From positions 33,262 to 97,261 of the forward strand of contig CAYYRC010000006.1 of the NCBI GenBank assembly GCA_964474045.1: a DNA stretch of 64,000 bases, given 5' to 3'. The stretch is from an uncultured Actinomycetes bacterium (lineage in GTDB: Bacteria; Actinomycetota; Actinomycetes; S36-B12; UBA10799). The position numbers were made by a program, and so were the translations under genes. This document shows, piece after piece, positions 16,021 to 29,088 of the stretch (position 1 is the first letter of the stretch; each line of letters begins with the position of its first letter). The notes under the pieces were generated by a model that did no database searches, was not told the DNA's origin, and saw only the letters and a list, made by a program, of their open reading frames with translations.

Positions 16021-17148
16021 TCAGTCCCGTCCGGCCTCGGCGCGTGCCGAGGCGAGGGCGGCGGTCAGGTTGTCGAGCAGGTTCTGCCAGGCGCTGATGA
16101 ACTTGGCCACGCCGTCGGTCTCGAGCTCGTCGAAGATCGCCGGCAGGTCAACCCCGACGGCAGTCAGGTCGTCGAAGACCTGCTGCGCGGCCGGGCCGGT
16201 GCCGCTGACGGTGTCCCCCTGCACGTCGCCGTGGTCGCGCACGGCGTCCATGGTCTTCTCGGGCATGGTGTTGACGCACCCCGGCGCGGCCAGGTCCACC
16301 ACGTAGCGGTCGTCGGCGTAGTCCGGGTTCTTCACGCCCGTCGAGGCCCACAGCGGCCGCTGCGGGTTGGCGCCCTGGGCGGCGAGCGCCTGCCAGCGGT
16401 CCGAGGCGAGCACCTCGGTGTAGGCGGCCCAGGCCAGCTGAGCGTTGGCGATGCCGGCCTTGCCGAGCAGCGCCAGCGCCTCAGGCGTGCCGATCGCGGT
16501 CAGGGCGGCGTCGATGTTGGAGTCCACCCGGGAGACGAAGAACGAGGCCACCGAGTGGATGCTCGACAAGTCCTTGCCGTTCGCCAGGGCCAGCTCCAGG
16601 CCGGACATGTAGGCGTCCATGACCGCGCGATAGCGCTCGACGGAGAAGATCAGCGTGACGTTGACGCTGATGCCCTCGCCCAGCACCGCTGTGATGGCGG
16701 GCAGGCCCTCCTTGGTGGCGGGGATCTTGACCAGCAGGTTGGGCCGGTCCACCAGCCACCAGAGCGCCTTCGCCTCGGCGATCGTGCCGTCGGTGTCCGG
16801 GGCCAACCGCGGGTCAACCTCGATGGACACCCGGCCGTCGGAGCCCGCCGTGGCCTCGTACACGCCGGTGAACAGGTCGCAGGCCCAGCGCACGTCGAAC
16901 GCGGTGAGGGCGCGCACGGCCTCGCCCACGTCGACCCCGCGGATCGCGAGGTCGCGGATCTGCTCGGCGTAGTCGGCCGCCCCGGTGGTGATGGAATGGT
17001 CGAAGATCGCCGGGTTGGTGGTGACGCCCACGACGTGGGAGCCGTCGATGAGCTCGACCAGACCACCGGAGGTGAGCCGGTTGCGGTCGAGGTCGTCCAG
17101 CCAGATCGACACCCCGATGTCGGAGAGTTCGCCCAGACGGTCGGTCAT
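16021..17148 (-). CDS. tal: Transaldolase (long actinobacterial type)
   Basis: [17 protein letters not shown], and KIPATKEG carrying the Schiff-base Lys. Confidence 0.93.
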   Translation of the reverse strand: MTDRLGELSDIGVSIWLDDLDRNRLTSGGLVELIDGSHVVGVTTNPAIFDHSITTGAADYAEQIRDLAIRGVDVGEAVRALTAFDVRWACDLFTGVYEATAGSDGRVSIEVDPRLAPDTDGTIAEAKALWWLVDRPNLLVKIPATKEGLPAITAVLGEGISVNVTLIFSVERYRAVMDAYMSGLELALANGKDLSSIHSVASFFVSRVDSNIDAALTAIGTPEALALLGKAGIANAQLAWAAYTEVLASDRWQALAAQGANPQRPLWASTGVKNPDYADDRYVVDLAAPGCVNTMPEKTMDAVRDHGDVQGDTVSGTGPAAQQVFDDLTAVGVDLPAIFDELETDGVAKFISAWQNLLDNLTAALASARAEAGRD

Positions 17149-17153
17149 GGTGG

Positions 17154-19220
<2,067 letters not shown>

Positions 19221-19315
19221 GGGCGGAGTCCCTTCGGCGGCGGGTCGGATTCGTCGGGAAGCCTATAGGCCGCGGACTCAGGAAGGGCGGTCGTCGGACT
19301 ACACTCGGGCGCGAG

Positions 19316-20341
19316 ATGGAACCGGTGCGATCGACGTCGGCGGCCGCGCGCCGCGACCAGGGCGGAAGGTGGGATGTGACAGCCGCCGAATCATCGGGTC
19401 CGCAGGTGGTGGCCCAAACCGCCGCCGAGGTGGGCGCGCCCGCGGCCCGCAGTCGCTTCGGCGCCTATCTGGGGCTGACCAAGCCACGGATCATCGAGCT
19501 GCTGCTCGTCACCACAGTGCCCACCATGTTCCTGGCGGCCGGCGGCTTCCCGCCGGTGTGGACGATGGTCGCGACGCTGGTGGGCGGTGCGCTGGCCGCC
19601 GGTGGCGCGAACACCCTCAACTCCTATATCGACCGCGACATCGACGCCAAGATGGTGCGCACCGGCCGTCGCCCGCTGGTGACCGGGGAAGTGAGCCCGC
19701 GCAACGCGCTGGTGTTCGGCTGGGTGCTGTCGGTGCTGTCGGTGCTGTGGCTGGCGCTCACCACGAACGTCCTCAGCGCGGTGCTGGCTGCGGGGGCGAT
19801 CTTCTTCTACGTCGTGATCTACACCCTGGGGCTCAAGCGCCGCACCCCGCAGAACATCGTCTGGGGTGGCGCTGCCGGGTGCTTCCCGGTGCTCATCGGC
19901 TGGTCGGCGGTGACCGGCACCGTGGGCTGGGCGGCGCTCGTGCTGTTCGGGATCATCTTCTTCTGGACCCCGCCGCACTACTGGCCGCTGTCGCTGCGCT
20001 TCCAGGACGACTACGCGGCGGCGGGCGTGCCGATGCTGCCGGTGGTGGCCTCGCAGCGACGGGTGGCGATCGAGATCATCGTGTACTCGTGGCTCATGGT
20101 CATCACCTCGCTGGTGTTGGTGCCCGTGGCGCCGATGGGGTGGTTCTACACGGCGGTCGCGGCGACACTCGGCGTGCTGTTCCTCTATGAGGCCCACGCG
20201 CTGCTCTTCCGGGTCCGCAAGGCCGCGCACGGCGGGCCGCAGAAGGCCGCCGACGTGAAGGCGATGAGGCTCTTCCACGGGTCGATCAGCTACCTGGCGC
20301 TGCTCTTCCTCGCCATCGCGATCGACCCGTTCCTGCACTGA
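19316..20341 (+). CDS. ctaB: Protoheme IX farnesyltransferase (heme O synthase)
   Basis: UbiA motif [15 protein letters not shown] and multiple TM helices. ATG 19316 chosen because the ORF-track start 19172 would overlap the divergent tkt. Confidence 0.88.
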   Translation: MEPVRSTSAAARRDQGGRWDVTAAESSGPQVVAQTAAEVGAPAARSRFGAYLGLTKPRIIELLLVTTVPTMFLAAGGFPPVWTMVATLVGGALAAGGANTLNSYIDRDIDAKMVRTGRRPLVTGEVSPRNALVFGWVLSVLSVLWLALTTNVLSAVLAAGAIFFYVVIYTLGLKRRTPQNIVWGGAAGCFPVLIGWSAVTGTVGWAALVLFGIIFFWTPPHYWPLSLRFQDDYAAAGVPMLPVVASQRRVAIEIIVYSWLMVITSLVLVPVAPMGWFYTAVAATLGVLFLYEAHALLFRVRKAAHGGPQKAADVKAMRLFHGSISYLALLFLAIAIDPFLH

Positions 20342-21338
20342 GCGGAGGCGCTGCTGCGCCCGGCTTCACGGCGCCGACGGTGCCGCGCGCGCGCAGCGAC
20401 AGCGGGACGCGCACCAGCGCGATCCACAGCAGGCACGCCGCCAGCATGTGCAGGGCCACCAAGAGCCACGGCACGCCGGTGAAGTACTGCGTATAGCCGA
20501 TGACCCCCTGGGCCATCGAGATGCCGAACACCCACCACACCGCCCGCACGGCGCGGCGCGGGACGTCGGTGACGGACAGGGCGACCAGCAGCCCGACGGT
20601 CAGGCCGACGAACAGCAGCACCACGTCGGCGTGCAGCCACGACACCGTGCGGACGTCGAAGCCGAACCGCGAGGCCGCGTCGGCGTCCCCGGAGTGCGGC
20701 CCGGAACCCGTCACGATCGTCCCCAGCACGAGCACCGCGAAGCCAACCCCCACCAGCACTCCCGCCAGCACCCGCACCGCCGGGGGGGCGAAGCGCACCA
20801 CCGGCTGGTCGCCCGGCTCCCGTGATCGCCACACCAGCACCACCGTGCCGGCCACGATCGCAGCCGACAGCAGGAAGTGCAGCGCGACGGTCACCGGGTT
20901 CAGACCCGTCAGCACCGTGATGCCGCCGAGCACCGCCTGGGCGACCGTGCCGGCCAGCGGGATCACCGACAGCCACAGGATGGGCCGCCGCCGAACTCCG
21001 GAGCGGCGCCGCCAGACGATGGCTCCCACGATCGCAGCGATGGCCAGCAGCCCCAGGACGCCCGTGAGGGTGCGGTTGCCGAACTCGACGTACTTGTGCC
21101 ACGCCTCGGTCTGAGTGGCGGTCGGCACCAACGAGCCCTCAGTGCACTGCGGCCAGGTGGGGCAGCCCAGGCCCGAGCCGGTGACGCGCACCAGGCCGCC
21201 GGTCAGGATGATCGCCGTCTGCGCGACCAGGTTGGCCAGGAAGATCCCGGTCAGCCATCGTGGCGCCGCGCCACTGGGCGGGGTGACGCTGGGGGCGGCT
21301 GACGGGGGCGAGGAGGTGCTGGGCGCGACGGCGGTCAT
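20286..21338 (-). CDS. ctaA: Heme A synthase (COX15/CtaA family)
   Basis: Polytopic membrane protein with [16 protein letters not shown]. Convergent with ctaB, and the 3' ends overlap by 56 nt. Confidence 0.85.
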   Translation of the reverse strand: MTAVAPSTSSPPSAAPSVTPPSGAAPRWLTGIFLANLVAQTAIILTGGLVRVTGSGLGCPTWPQCTEGSLVPTATQTEAWHKYVEFGNRTLTGVLGLLAIAAIVGAIVWRRRSGVRRRPILWLSVIPLAGTVAQAVLGGITVLTGLNPVTVALHFLLSAAIVAGTVVLVWRSREPGDQPVVRFAPPAVRVLAGVLVGVGFAVLVLGTIVTGSGPHSGDADAASRFGFDVRTVSWLHADVVLLFVGLTVGLLVALSVTDVPRRAVRAVWWVFGISMAQGVIGYTQYFTGVPWLLVALHMLAACLLWIALVRVPLSLRARGTVGAVKPGAAAPPLSAGTGRSRWRGRAAPGS

Positions 21339-21377
21339 GGCTCGATGGTAGGTCGCCCCGGTGCGGGCGCCGCGGGC

Positions 21378-22169
21378 CTACTCCCACTTGAACGTGCGTG
21401 CCGCCAACACGAAGCCCACCACGGCCCAGACTGCGAGCACGATGCACGGCATCAATGGCAGCGACTGCCCCGCGATGAGCACGTCGCGCAGGCCCCCGGC
21501 GAGCGCCCCGGACGGCAGGTATCCGACGACCGTCGCCCAGACCGAGGGCAGCGAGGACGCGGGCACCACCACGCCGCCGCCGAGCATGAGCAGCACGAAG
21601 ATGCCGTTCGCCACCGCCAGCGTCGCCTCCGCGCGCAGGACGCCGGCGACGAAGGCGCCCCAGGCGGCGAAGGCGAGGGTCCCCAGCACCACCAGCAGCA
21701 CCGCCGCAGCCGGGTTACCCGCCGGCGACCAGCCCAGGGCCAGCGCAATGGCGACGATGAGGACGATCTGCAGGACCTCGATCGCCGCGACGCTGAAGGC
21801 CCTGGCCCAGATCAGCTCGGCCCTGGTCAACGGGGTGGTGCCCAGCAGCTTCAGCGCCCCCGAGCGCCGGTCGAAGCCGGTCGCGATGGCGAGCGAGGTG
21901 AAGGCCGTCGACATCACCGCCAGCGCGATGATGCCGGGCGTCGCCTGATCCACCGCGCTGCTCGACTCCGATCCTGCGCCGAAGGGGTCGAACAGGCTCA
22001 GCGCCAGCAGCAGCGCCAGCGGGATGATGAGGGTGAGCAGCAGCTGCTCGCCGTTACGCAAGGTGCTGCGCAGGTCGAAGCCGGCCTGCGCCAGGATCCG
22101 GCGCGGCCGCTTGGCGGCCCCCGGACGCGGCGTGAACGTGCCGGCGGGATAGGTACGGTTGATGCTCAT
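21378..22169 (-). CDS. ABC-2 type transporter permease
   Basis: Starts MSINRTYPAG at 22169 with an ATGA overlap with the upstream ATPase. Six predicted TM helices. Confidence 0.8.
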   Translation of the reverse strand: MSINRTYPAGTFTPRPGAAKRPRRILAQAGFDLRSTLRNGEQLLLTLIIPLALLLALSLFDPFGAGSESSSAVDQATPGIIALAVMSTAFTSLAIATGFDRRSGALKLLGTTPLTRAELIWARAFSVAAIEVLQIVLIVAIALALGWSPAGNPAAAVLLVVLGTLAFAAWGAFVAGVLRAEATLAVANGIFVLLMLGGGVVVPASSLPSVWATVVGYLPSGALAGGLRDVLIAGQSLPLMPCIVLAVWAVVGFVLAARTFKWE

Positions 22170-23104
22170 GCGGTGGGCTCGGCGCTCTCGGCCTGGTCGG
22201 CAAGCGCCAGGAAGACCTCTTCCAGGGACTTCCGCCCGACCTGCAGCTCGCGCGGGGCGACCCCGTGCTGCGCGCACCAGGCGGTAACCGTGGCAATGGT
22301 CTGCGGGGTGACCTCGCCGGCGATGCGATAGGCCCCGGGCCGGGTCTCCGCCACGTCCACCTCGGCGCCCAGCACCACCTCCAGGGACGTCAGGTCCAGG
22401 TGTAGCGGGCCGCCAAACGTCATCACGTCGCGCTCGTCGCCGACGAGGTCGGCGAGGGTGCCGCTGGCCACCGCCCGGCCGCCCTCGACGATCACCACAT
22501 GGTCGGCGAGGGCCTCGGCCTCGTCCATCTGGTGCGTTGTCATGACCACCGTGACGCCGTCCCGGCGCAGAGCCCGCAGCAGCTCCCACATGCCGCGGCG
22601 CGCGGCCGGGTCGAGGCCGGCGCTGGGCTCGTCGAGGAACACCAGCTGTGGCCGGCCGATGAGGGCCGCGGCGAGCTTCACGCGCTGCTGCTCGCCGCCG
22701 CTGAGGCGGCGGAAGGGGCCGCGCACGTTTCCCAGGCCCAGCCAGTCCAGCAGCTCGGCGGGCTCGCGCGGACGCAGGTAGAAGGCGGCCAGCGTGCGCA
22801 GCAGCTCCGCGGGCCGCGCCATGGCCGGGATACCGCCGTCCTGCAGCATGACGCCGACCCGCGGCCGAAGCGCCTGGGCATCGGCGAAGGGGTCCAGTCC
22901 GAGGACCCGCACCGAGCCCGAGTCCGGCCGGCGGAGCCCCTCACAGACCTCGACCGTGCTGGTCTTGCCCTGGCCATTGCGCCCGACGATCGCCGTGATC
23001 GCGCTCGCGGGGGCGCTCATCGACAGCCCCGCCACAGCATGCACGTCGCCGTACGAGACGTAGAGCTGGTTGACGGTCAGCGCCGCGCCGACGTGGGTGG
23101 CCAC
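22166..23104 (-). CDS. ABC transporter ATP-binding protein
   Basis: GRNGQGKTST, LSGGEQQR and VFLDEPSAGLD. Confidence 0.9.
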   Translation of the reverse strand: MATHVGAALTVNQLYVSYGDVHAVAGLSMSAPASAITAIVGRNGQGKTSTVEVCEGLRRPDSGSVRVLGLDPFADAQALRPRVGVMLQDGGIPAMARPAELLRTLAAFYLRPREPAELLDWLGLGNVRGPFRRLSGGEQQRVKLAAALIGRPQLVFLDEPSAGLDPAARRGMWELLRALRRDGVTVVMTTHQMDEAEALADHVVIVEGGRAVASGTLADLVGDERDVMTFGGPLHLDLTSLEVVLGAEVDVAETRPGAYRIAGEVTPQTIATVTAWCAQHGVAPRELQVGRKSLEEVFLALADQAESAEPTA

Positions 23105-23187
23105 GCGCGGAGTCTATGCGCTCCCCGCGCGGCCAGGCAGGCCCCCGGTGGACACTGGCTGGCGTGGAACCCGACACCCCCCAGCCG

Positions 23188-23775
23188 ATGCCCGCAGACG
23201 AGGCGCGCCAGGTCGTCCTCGCTGCCGCGGCTTCCGGCGACCCTGCCGCCATGTTCAACGCCGGCCTGCTGGCGCGCGAGGCCGGGGACGCGGCGGAGGC
23301 CGCGCGCTGGTGGCGGCGGGCGGCCGAGGCAGGCCAGCCCGACGCGATGGTGGAGATGGGGCTGCAGCACCAGCGCGACGGCGACCACGAGGCTGCCCGC
23401 CAACTGTTCGCCGCTTCCGCCGAGGCCGGTGATGTCGCTGGAATGAACAACCTCGGCATGCTGCTGCGCCAGGAGGGCGACGACGCTGGTGCCAGGGTGT
23501 GGTTGGAGCGGGCGGCCCGGAGCGGGTCAGCCGAGGCCATGAACAACCTGGCCTTCCTGCTGCGCGACGCGGGCGAGGCCGATGCCGGGATCGCCTGGCT
23601 GCGCCGGGCCGCCGGCCACGGCAACAGCGATGCCATGTTCAACCTGGGTGTCATCCACTGGGCCAACGGCGACGAGGACCTGGCCCGGCAGTGGTGGGGC
23701 GCGGCGGCCGCCGACGGACACCTGCTGGCGATCCAGAACCTGGGCCGGTTGTTGCGGGGTGCCGATGACGCGTGA
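23188..23775 (+). CDS. Sel1-like (SLR/TPR) repeat protein
   Basis: Five or more units of the type A..W..AA..G...AM.NLG.L. ATG 23188 preferred; ATG 23116 would leave only 11 nt to the divergent gene. Confidence 0.7.
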   Translation: MPADEARQVVLAAAASGDPAAMFNAGLLAREAGDAAEAARWWRRAAEAGQPDAMVEMGLQHQRDGDHEAARQLFAASAEAGDVAGMNNLGMLLRQEGDDAGARVWLERAARSGSAEAMNNLAFLLRDAGEADAGIAWLRRAAGHGNSDAMFNLGVIHWANGDEDLARQWWGAAAADGHLLAIQNLGRLLRGADDA

Positions 23776-23787
23776 AACGGTCTGGCC

Positions 23788-24645
23788 ATGCGGCTGATTC
23801 CTCGGAGCTGGCACCTGGAGGGTGCCTGGTGCGCCATGAAGGGCCACGTGGCGCCGGGCGCGACGGTGGCCGAGGTGCGGGCGCAGGACGCCCAGCTCGT
23901 GTTGGCCACCGGCCCGGGCGTCCGGTTGAGCCGCTGTCTGCGCTGCGACGGCTGGGTGCGCGGCGCCGATCCCACGACGGCACAGGTCACCTCGCAGCAC
24001 CTGCCGCCGCCTGGCCAGCTGCCGACGCCGCTGCGGGGGAAGGCCCTCAGCGAGCTGGTCGTGGTGCGGATCATCGCCATCGACCGCTGGCTGCATGTGG
24101 TCTTCTTCGTGCTCCTCGCGCTGCTGCTGATCGGGGTCACGATCGGGCTGCCGGCGATCCGCGAGACCGCCCAGCAACTGTTGGACGGCTGGCAGGTGGC
24201 CGCGAACGAGGCCCGTCCGTCATCCAGGCTGCTGGCCCGGATGCTGGCCGAGGTCGCGCATCTGGACCGCTCCCACATCGGGGTGCTCATCGCCGTGTCC
24301 CTCGGCTATGCCGTGCTGGAGGGCGTCGAGGCGTTCTACCTCTGGCGGGGTCGGCGCTGGGCGGAGTACCTGACGGTGCTGGCCACCGGCCTGCTGCTGC
24401 CGTTCGTCGTCAGCGAGCTGATCGACAAGGTGACGATCCCGCGCATCCTGGGGCTCATCGCGGATGTGGCGATACTGGCGTACCTGATCTTCGCCAAGCG
24501 GCTCTTCGGCGTGCGCGGCGGCGACAAGGCCCTGCGCGCCGCGCTCGCGGCCGATGTCAACTGGCCGGAGCTCCACTCCACGGCTCCACTGGCGGGGCCG
24601 GGCCAACTCGGCGAGCGCGCCGAGCCGGAGTCGACTCCCGCCTGA
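23788..24645 (+). CDS. DUF2127-family membrane protein
   Basis: N-terminal RLSRCLRCDGW zinc-ribbon-like segment followed by about 4 TM helices. Confidence 0.6.
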   Translation: MRLIPRSWHLEGAWCAMKGHVAPGATVAEVRAQDAQLVLATGPGVRLSRCLRCDGWVRGADPTTAQVTSQHLPPPGQLPTPLRGKALSELVVVRIIAIDRWLHVVFFVLLALLLIGVTIGLPAIRETAQQLLDGWQVAANEARPSSRLLARMLAEVAHLDRSHIGVLIAVSLGYAVLEGVEAFYLWRGRRWAEYLTVLATGLLLPFVVSELIDKVTIPRILGLIADVAILAYLIFAKRLFGVRGGDKALRAALAADVNWPELHSTAPLAGPGQLGERAEPESTPA

Positions 24646-24663
24646 GCCCAGGTGAGGTTGAGG

Positions 24664-26040
24664 TCAGGTCCGGTAGGCCCCAGCGAGCACATCGGCGGCC
24701 TCGTCCGCACACGCAGGGTCGCCGGGCGGGCGGGTCGTGGCCGCCGATCCGCCCGAGAAGCCGACCAGCACAGGGCGCGACACCAGCGCCGCCAGGTCGT
24801 AGAACTCGGTCCAGCGCTGGGCGGGGGAGTCAGCCACCTGGAGCACCTGAGCGGTCGGCCACCACGGTGCGGGGTATTCCAGGAAGACCTTCTCCAGGTT
24901 GCCGGTGGTCAGTGATCGCAAGGCCGCAACGACCTCACCCGGTGGCTCTGGGAGCTTGGGCGAGTTGGCCTGCAGCAGCGGCAAGGGCACCGCCACGACT
25001 GCCGCCTGCATCGTCAGCGGCCCCGTAGATGTGACCGCCGTGAGGGCGTCCAGCCGCCCGGAAATCTCCTGCACGGTCGTCCCCAGCCGCACGTCCAGCT
25101 CGGCGGCGAGCAGTTGGGGCACCTTGCTGAAGCCGCCCGCTACCAGCGAGTCGCCGCCCTGGTAGTCCTCGCCCTCGCCCAGCGCCTGCGCCCCCAGGCG
25201 GTCGATGTCCAGGCCGTACTCCTGCACGATCTCGGTCGCGGCGGCGAACCGGCGATCGGGGGAGTCTGGAGTCCAGCCCGCGCCAGCGAGCGCGTCCTGG
25301 ACGGACTGCTCGGCGGGCAGGTCCCCGGCCGCGAGTTGGTCGACCAGGTCCAGTAGCTCGGTGGCGGCGGCTTCGGCACCGGGACTCGGCGCGCCGCTGA
25401 CATAGCTGTGCGTCTGGGCGTCGTCGAAGTCCGTGGGAACCAGGGCCAGTCCTGCCTGCGCGACCAGCGGCACGAGCGGGTTGCCGGTGACGCCGTGCAC
25501 CCAGGCGGCGCCGAACTCCAGTGGCACGCCCCACTCGTAGTTGGTGTGGATTCGGCCGCCGAGCCGGTCACGCGCCTCTGCGACGATGACCCGGCAGCCG
25601 GCGTCCTGCAGGTCGCGGGCGGCCGCCAGACCGGCGATGCCGGCGCCGACCACCAGTACCTGCGCGGACGAACCGACCGCGGCGAGCACCCTGCCCGCTG
25701 CCCGGCGGCCGGAGTTGTAGGCGCCGTGGACGGTGCTGGGGTAGTCGGTCGCCGTGTACTCGCCGGCTAGGAGGATGGAGCCTGCGATGGTCGCGTCGGC
25801 CAGCACGCGGCGGGCCGATCCGTCGGCACCTGCCGGCAGCGCGGAGTAGGAGCCGCGGGCCCAGGGGTCGGTGTCCCACCGCGTCACGAGCGAGCGCGAG
25901 AAGGGGACCGGACTCGACTTCTGATTAGCGCTCCGCGCTGGCGACGTCTGCTCGGTGACTCCGCAGGCGCTGGCGACCGCCCCCACGCCCATAGCTGCCA
26001 GCCCGGCGGCCCCGGTCGCCAACAGACGCCTCCGGCTCAT
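24664..26040 (-). CDS. Tat-signal lipoprotein, FAD-dependent (poly)amine oxidase family
   Basis: MSRRRLLATGAAGLAAMGVGAVASACG carries an RR motif and a lipobox. FAD fingerprint VLVVGAGIAGLAAARDL. Start taken at M16 of the ORF-track protein. Confidence 0.8.
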   Translation of the reverse strand: MSRRRLLATGAAGLAAMGVGAVASACGVTEQTSPARSANQKSSPVPFSRSLVTRWDTDPWARGSYSALPAGADGSARRVLADATIAGSILLAGEYTATDYPSTVHGAYNSGRRAAGRVLAAVGSSAQVLVVGAGIAGLAAARDLQDAGCRVIVAEARDRLGGRIHTNYEWGVPLEFGAAWVHGVTGNPLVPLVAQAGLALVPTDFDDAQTHSYVSGAPSPGAEAAATELLDLVDQLAAGDLPAEQSVQDALAGAGWTPDSPDRRFAAATEIVQEYGLDIDRLGAQALGEGEDYQGGDSLVAGGFSKVPQLLAAELDVRLGTTVQEISGRLDALTAVTSTGPLTMQAAVVAVPLPLLQANSPKLPEPPGEVVAALRSLTTGNLEKVFLEYPAPWWPTAQVLQVADSPAQRWTEFYDLAALVSRPVLVGFSGGSAATTRPPGDPACADEAADVLAGAYRT

Positions 26041-26095
26041 TGGTTGGCCCCGGGCCGGGCGCCCCACGTGTTCGCGACCATCCATGACAGCCCCC

Positions 26096-26764
26096 TTACG
26101 AGTCGGCTTGCCCGGAGGCGGTCGGACGAGAACTTGCGGCCCGACCCCGCCGCCTGAGCATCGCGTTCTCGGCCCAGCCGAGGGGGAAGAGGCCGAAGAG
26201 GCCGAAAAGGGCGACCGACGAATCCCAGAGCCCCACCAGGGCCAGCAGCAGCATGTAGACCGCGGTGATACCGGCCCAGAGCGCCTGGCTCCGGCTGGGC
26301 AGCCGGTCTTCCTCGACCAGATCCGGGTGCCGAAACAGATACCAGAGGATCGCCAGCCCCGAGGCAGTGATCGCCGCGAGCGTCAGCAGGTAAAGCGTCG
26401 CCGTGCCGGGAGCCTCCGATCGCCCCAGCATCTCGGTCGGGAACTGCAGGAACACCACCAGCGCCAGCCACACCCCGTTCAGCGCCAGCAGCGCGGGAGT
26501 GAACGACATGAGCCCGTCGAACATGCGGTGGTGGCGCCGCCAGTACAGCAGCGTGATGACGAAGGAGAGACCGAAGGCCAGGAACGAGCCCGAGTTCTCG
26601 TGCATGACGTCCCAGACTGACTCGCCGCCGCTGGGCGGCTCGATATCCACCAGGGGCAGCACCAGCAGCGTGATCGCGATGGCCACGACCGCGTCGGAGA
26701 AGTTCACGAGCCGTGACACCGACTCCGCCGTCGGCGGCTGGTCCCACATCAGGTCCTTGCTCAT
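26096..26764 (-). CDS. TMEM175/DUF1211-family potassium channel
   Basis: Starts MSKDLMW. Signature RLVNFSDAVVAIAITLLVL. Six TM helices. The remaining 5' part of ORF 26096..27637 is antisense to sufR. Confidence 0.75.
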   Translation of the reverse strand: MSKDLMWDQPPTAESVSRLVNFSDAVVAIAITLLVLPLVDIEPPSGGESVWDVMHENSGSFLAFGLSFVITLLYWRRHHRMFDGLMSFTPALLALNGVWLALVVFLQFPTEMLGRSEAPGTATLYLLTLAAITASGLAILWYLFRHPDLVEEDRLPSRSQALWAGITAVYMLLLALVGLWDSSVALFGLFGLFPLGWAENAMLRRRGRAASSRPTASGQADS

Positions 26765-26865
26765 GCCCGCGCCTCCCGGTCGTCTGCTCCTGTCGGCCAC
26801 TGCCGACGCCACGCTAGTGCAGGTGCTGTTCCGGGACCCAGAGGTTGCGCTCGGCTCGAAATACG

Positions 26866-26879
26866 CAACAATGATGTTG
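26866..26879. promoter_or_regulatory. CAAC-N6-GTTG palindrome abutting the sufR start; candidate SufR operator
   Basis: CAACAATGATGTTG read directly. It has the same half-sites and spacing as reported for cyanobacterial SufR operators. Confidence 0.35.
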
Positions 26880-27682
26880 TGAAAACAGCGGACGACACCT
26901 TCGGCGGGGCGACCGACGCCCCGCAGGATGCCGTGTCCGCGGCCCCGACGGCCGCCCTGGGGGAGCCGCGCGGGCTCAGCGAGGCCACGGCTCGGGTGGC
27001 GCGCACCCTGCTGGAAGTCGGCTCCGCCACGGCGACCGATCTCGCTGGTCGGCTCTTCCTCACGCCCACCGCTGTCCGCCGCCACCTCGACACGCTCATC
27101 GAACGTGGGCTGGTGTCGGCATCGGATGAGCCGCAGTTCGGCCCCGCCCGCGGTCGCCGCGGCCGCGGCCGGCCCGCGCGCTACTACGCGGTGACCGCCG
27201 CCGGTCGGGACGCCTTCGAGTCGTCCTACGACGATGTCGCCCTGGCAGCGATCGATTTCCTGGCCGAGCGCCTGGGCGACTCCGCGGTGGACGATTTCGC
27301 GCGGGCGCGGGCAGGCGAGCTCCGCAGCCGCTACGCGGCCGCTGCCGCTCCCGCAGACCCAGCGGAGCGCGTCGCCGTCCTGGCCGAGCTGCTGTCGTCT
27401 GACGGCTACGTCGCCAGCGCCGAGGCAAGCCCACACGGTCTGCAGCTGTGCCAGCACCACTGCCCTATGGCGCACGTCGCCGAGCGCTACGGGCAGTTCT
27501 GCGAGGCTGAGCGCGCCGCCTTCGCAGAGCTGCTGGGCGTGCATGCCACGCGTCTGGCGACCATCGCCGGCGGCTCCGGTGTGTGCACGACGCTGATCTC
27601 GGAACCGCGCCTTCCAACCGACCCCACCAGTCCGCACGACAGCGCCGATTCCGCATCCCCCGCAGAGAGGAACCCCGCATGA
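26879..27682 (+). CDS. sufR: SufR-type winged-helix (ArsR/DeoR-like) Fe-S cluster regulator
   Basis: w[24 protein letters not shown]-terminal Cys cluster CQHHCP..C..C. First gene of the suf operon. The start is uncertain; an in-frame GTG lies about 55 nt downstream. Confidence 0.8.
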   Translation: MKTADDTFGGATDAPQDAVSAAPTAALGEPRGLSEATARVARTLLEVGSATATDLAGRLFLTPTAVRRHLDTLIERGLVSASDEPQFGPARGRRGRGRPARYYAVTAAGRDAFESSYDDVALAAIDFLAERLGDSAVDDFARARAGELRSRYAAAAAPADPAERVAVLAELLSSDGYVASAEASPHGLQLCQHHCPMAHVAERYGQFCEAERAAFAELLGVHATRLATIAGGSGVCTTLISEPRLPTDPTSPHDSADSASPAERNPA

Positions 27683-29088
27683 CCGACCTGCACCCCGAGC
27701 TCGACGGCCTCGGCACCTACGAGTACGGCTGGCACGACCCGGACGTCGCCGGCGCGGCGGCCCAGCGCGGGCTCAGCGAGGCCGTGGTGCGCGACATCAG
27801 CCGCCTGAAGAATGAGCCGGAGTGGATGCTCGACCTGCGGCTCAAGGGCCTGCGGCTGTTCGACCGCAAGCCGATGCCCGCGTGGGGTTCGGACCTGAGC
27901 GGCATCGACTTCGACACCATCAAGTACTTCGTCCGCTCCACCGAGAAGCAGGCGACCACCTGGGACGAGCTGCCCAGCGACATCAAGAACACCTACGACC
28001 GCCTGGGCATCCCCGAGGCCGAGAAGCAGCGCCTGGTGGCGGGAGTGGCCGCGCAGTACGAAAGCGAAGTTGTGTACCATAAAATCCGCGACGACCTGGA
28101 GGAGCAGGGCGTCATCTTCCTGGACACCGACACCGCCCTGCGCGAGCACCCGGACATCTTCCGCGAGCACTTCGGCACCGTCATCCCCGTCGGCGACAAC
28201 AAGTTCGCCGCGCTCAACACCGCGGTGTGGTCGGGAGGATCGTTCATCTATGTTCCGCCGGGCGTGCACGTGGACATCCCGCTGCAGGCCTACTTCCGGA
28301 TCAACACCGAGAACATGGGACAGTTCGAGCGGACCCTCATCATCGTCGACGAGGGCGCCTACGTGCACTACGTCGAGGGCTGCACGGCGCCGATCTACTC
28401 GACGGACTCGCTGCACTCGGCGGTGGTCGAGATCATCGTCAAGAAGGACGCCCGCTGCCGCTACACGACTATCCAGAACTGGTCGAACAACGTGTACAAC
28501 CTGGTGACGAAGCGCGCCGTGGCGCAGCAGGGCGGCACCATGGAGTGGGTGGACGGCAACATCGGCTCCAAGGTGACGATGAAGTACCCGGCCGTCTGGC
28601 TCATGGGTGAGCACGCCAAGGGCGAGACCCTGTCGATCGCCTTCGCCGGCGAGGGCCAGCACCAGGACGCCGGGGCCAAGATGGTGCACGCCGCGCCGCA
28701 CACCTCGTCCTCGATCATCAGCAAGTCCGTGGCCCGCGGCGGCGGCCGCACCTCGTACCGGGGCCTGGTGCAGGTGCAGGAGGGCGCGCATCACTCCGCC
28801 AGCTCGGTGCGCTGCGACGCCCTGCTCATCGACGACATCTCGCGCTCGGACACCTACCCCTATGTCGATGTCCGCGAGGACGACGTGGCAATGGGCCACG
28901 AGGCCACGGTCAGCAAGGTCAGCGAGGACCAATTGTTCTACCTCATGAGCCGGGGCCTGACCGAGGAGGAGGCGATGGCCATGATCGTGCGCGGTTTCGT
29001 CGAGCCCATCGCCCGTGAGCTGCCGATGGAGTACGCGCTGGAGCTCAACCGCCTGATCGAACTTCAGATGGAAGGAGCCGTCGGCTGA
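27679..29088 (+). CDS. sufB: Fe-S cluster assembly protein SufB
   Basis: Starts [10 protein letters not shown] with an ATGA overlap with sufR. 469 aa with the conserved SufB C-terminal beta-helix region. Confidence 0.93.
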   Translation: MTDLHPELDGLGTYEYGWHDPDVAGAAAQRGLSEAVVRDISRLKNEPEWMLDLRLKGLRLFDRKPMPAWGSDLSGIDFDTIKYFVRSTEKQATTWDELPSDIKNTYDRLGIPEAEKQRLVAGVAAQYESEVVYHKIRDDLEEQGVIFLDTDTALREHPDIFREHFGTVIPVGDNKFAALNTAVWSGGSFIYVPPGVHVDIPLQAYFRINTENMGQFERTLIIVDEGAYVHYVEGCTAPIYSTDSLHSAVVEIIVKKDARCRYTTIQNWSNNVYNLVTKRAVAQQGGTMEWVDGNIGSKVTMKYPAVWLMGEHAKGETLSIAFAGEGQHQDAGAKMVHAAPHTSSSIISKSVARGGGRTSYRGLVQVQEGAHHSASSVRCDALLIDDISRSDTYPYVDVREDDVAMGHEATVSKVSEDQLFYLMSRGLTEEEAMAMIVRGFVEPIARELPMEYALELNRLIELQMEGAVG

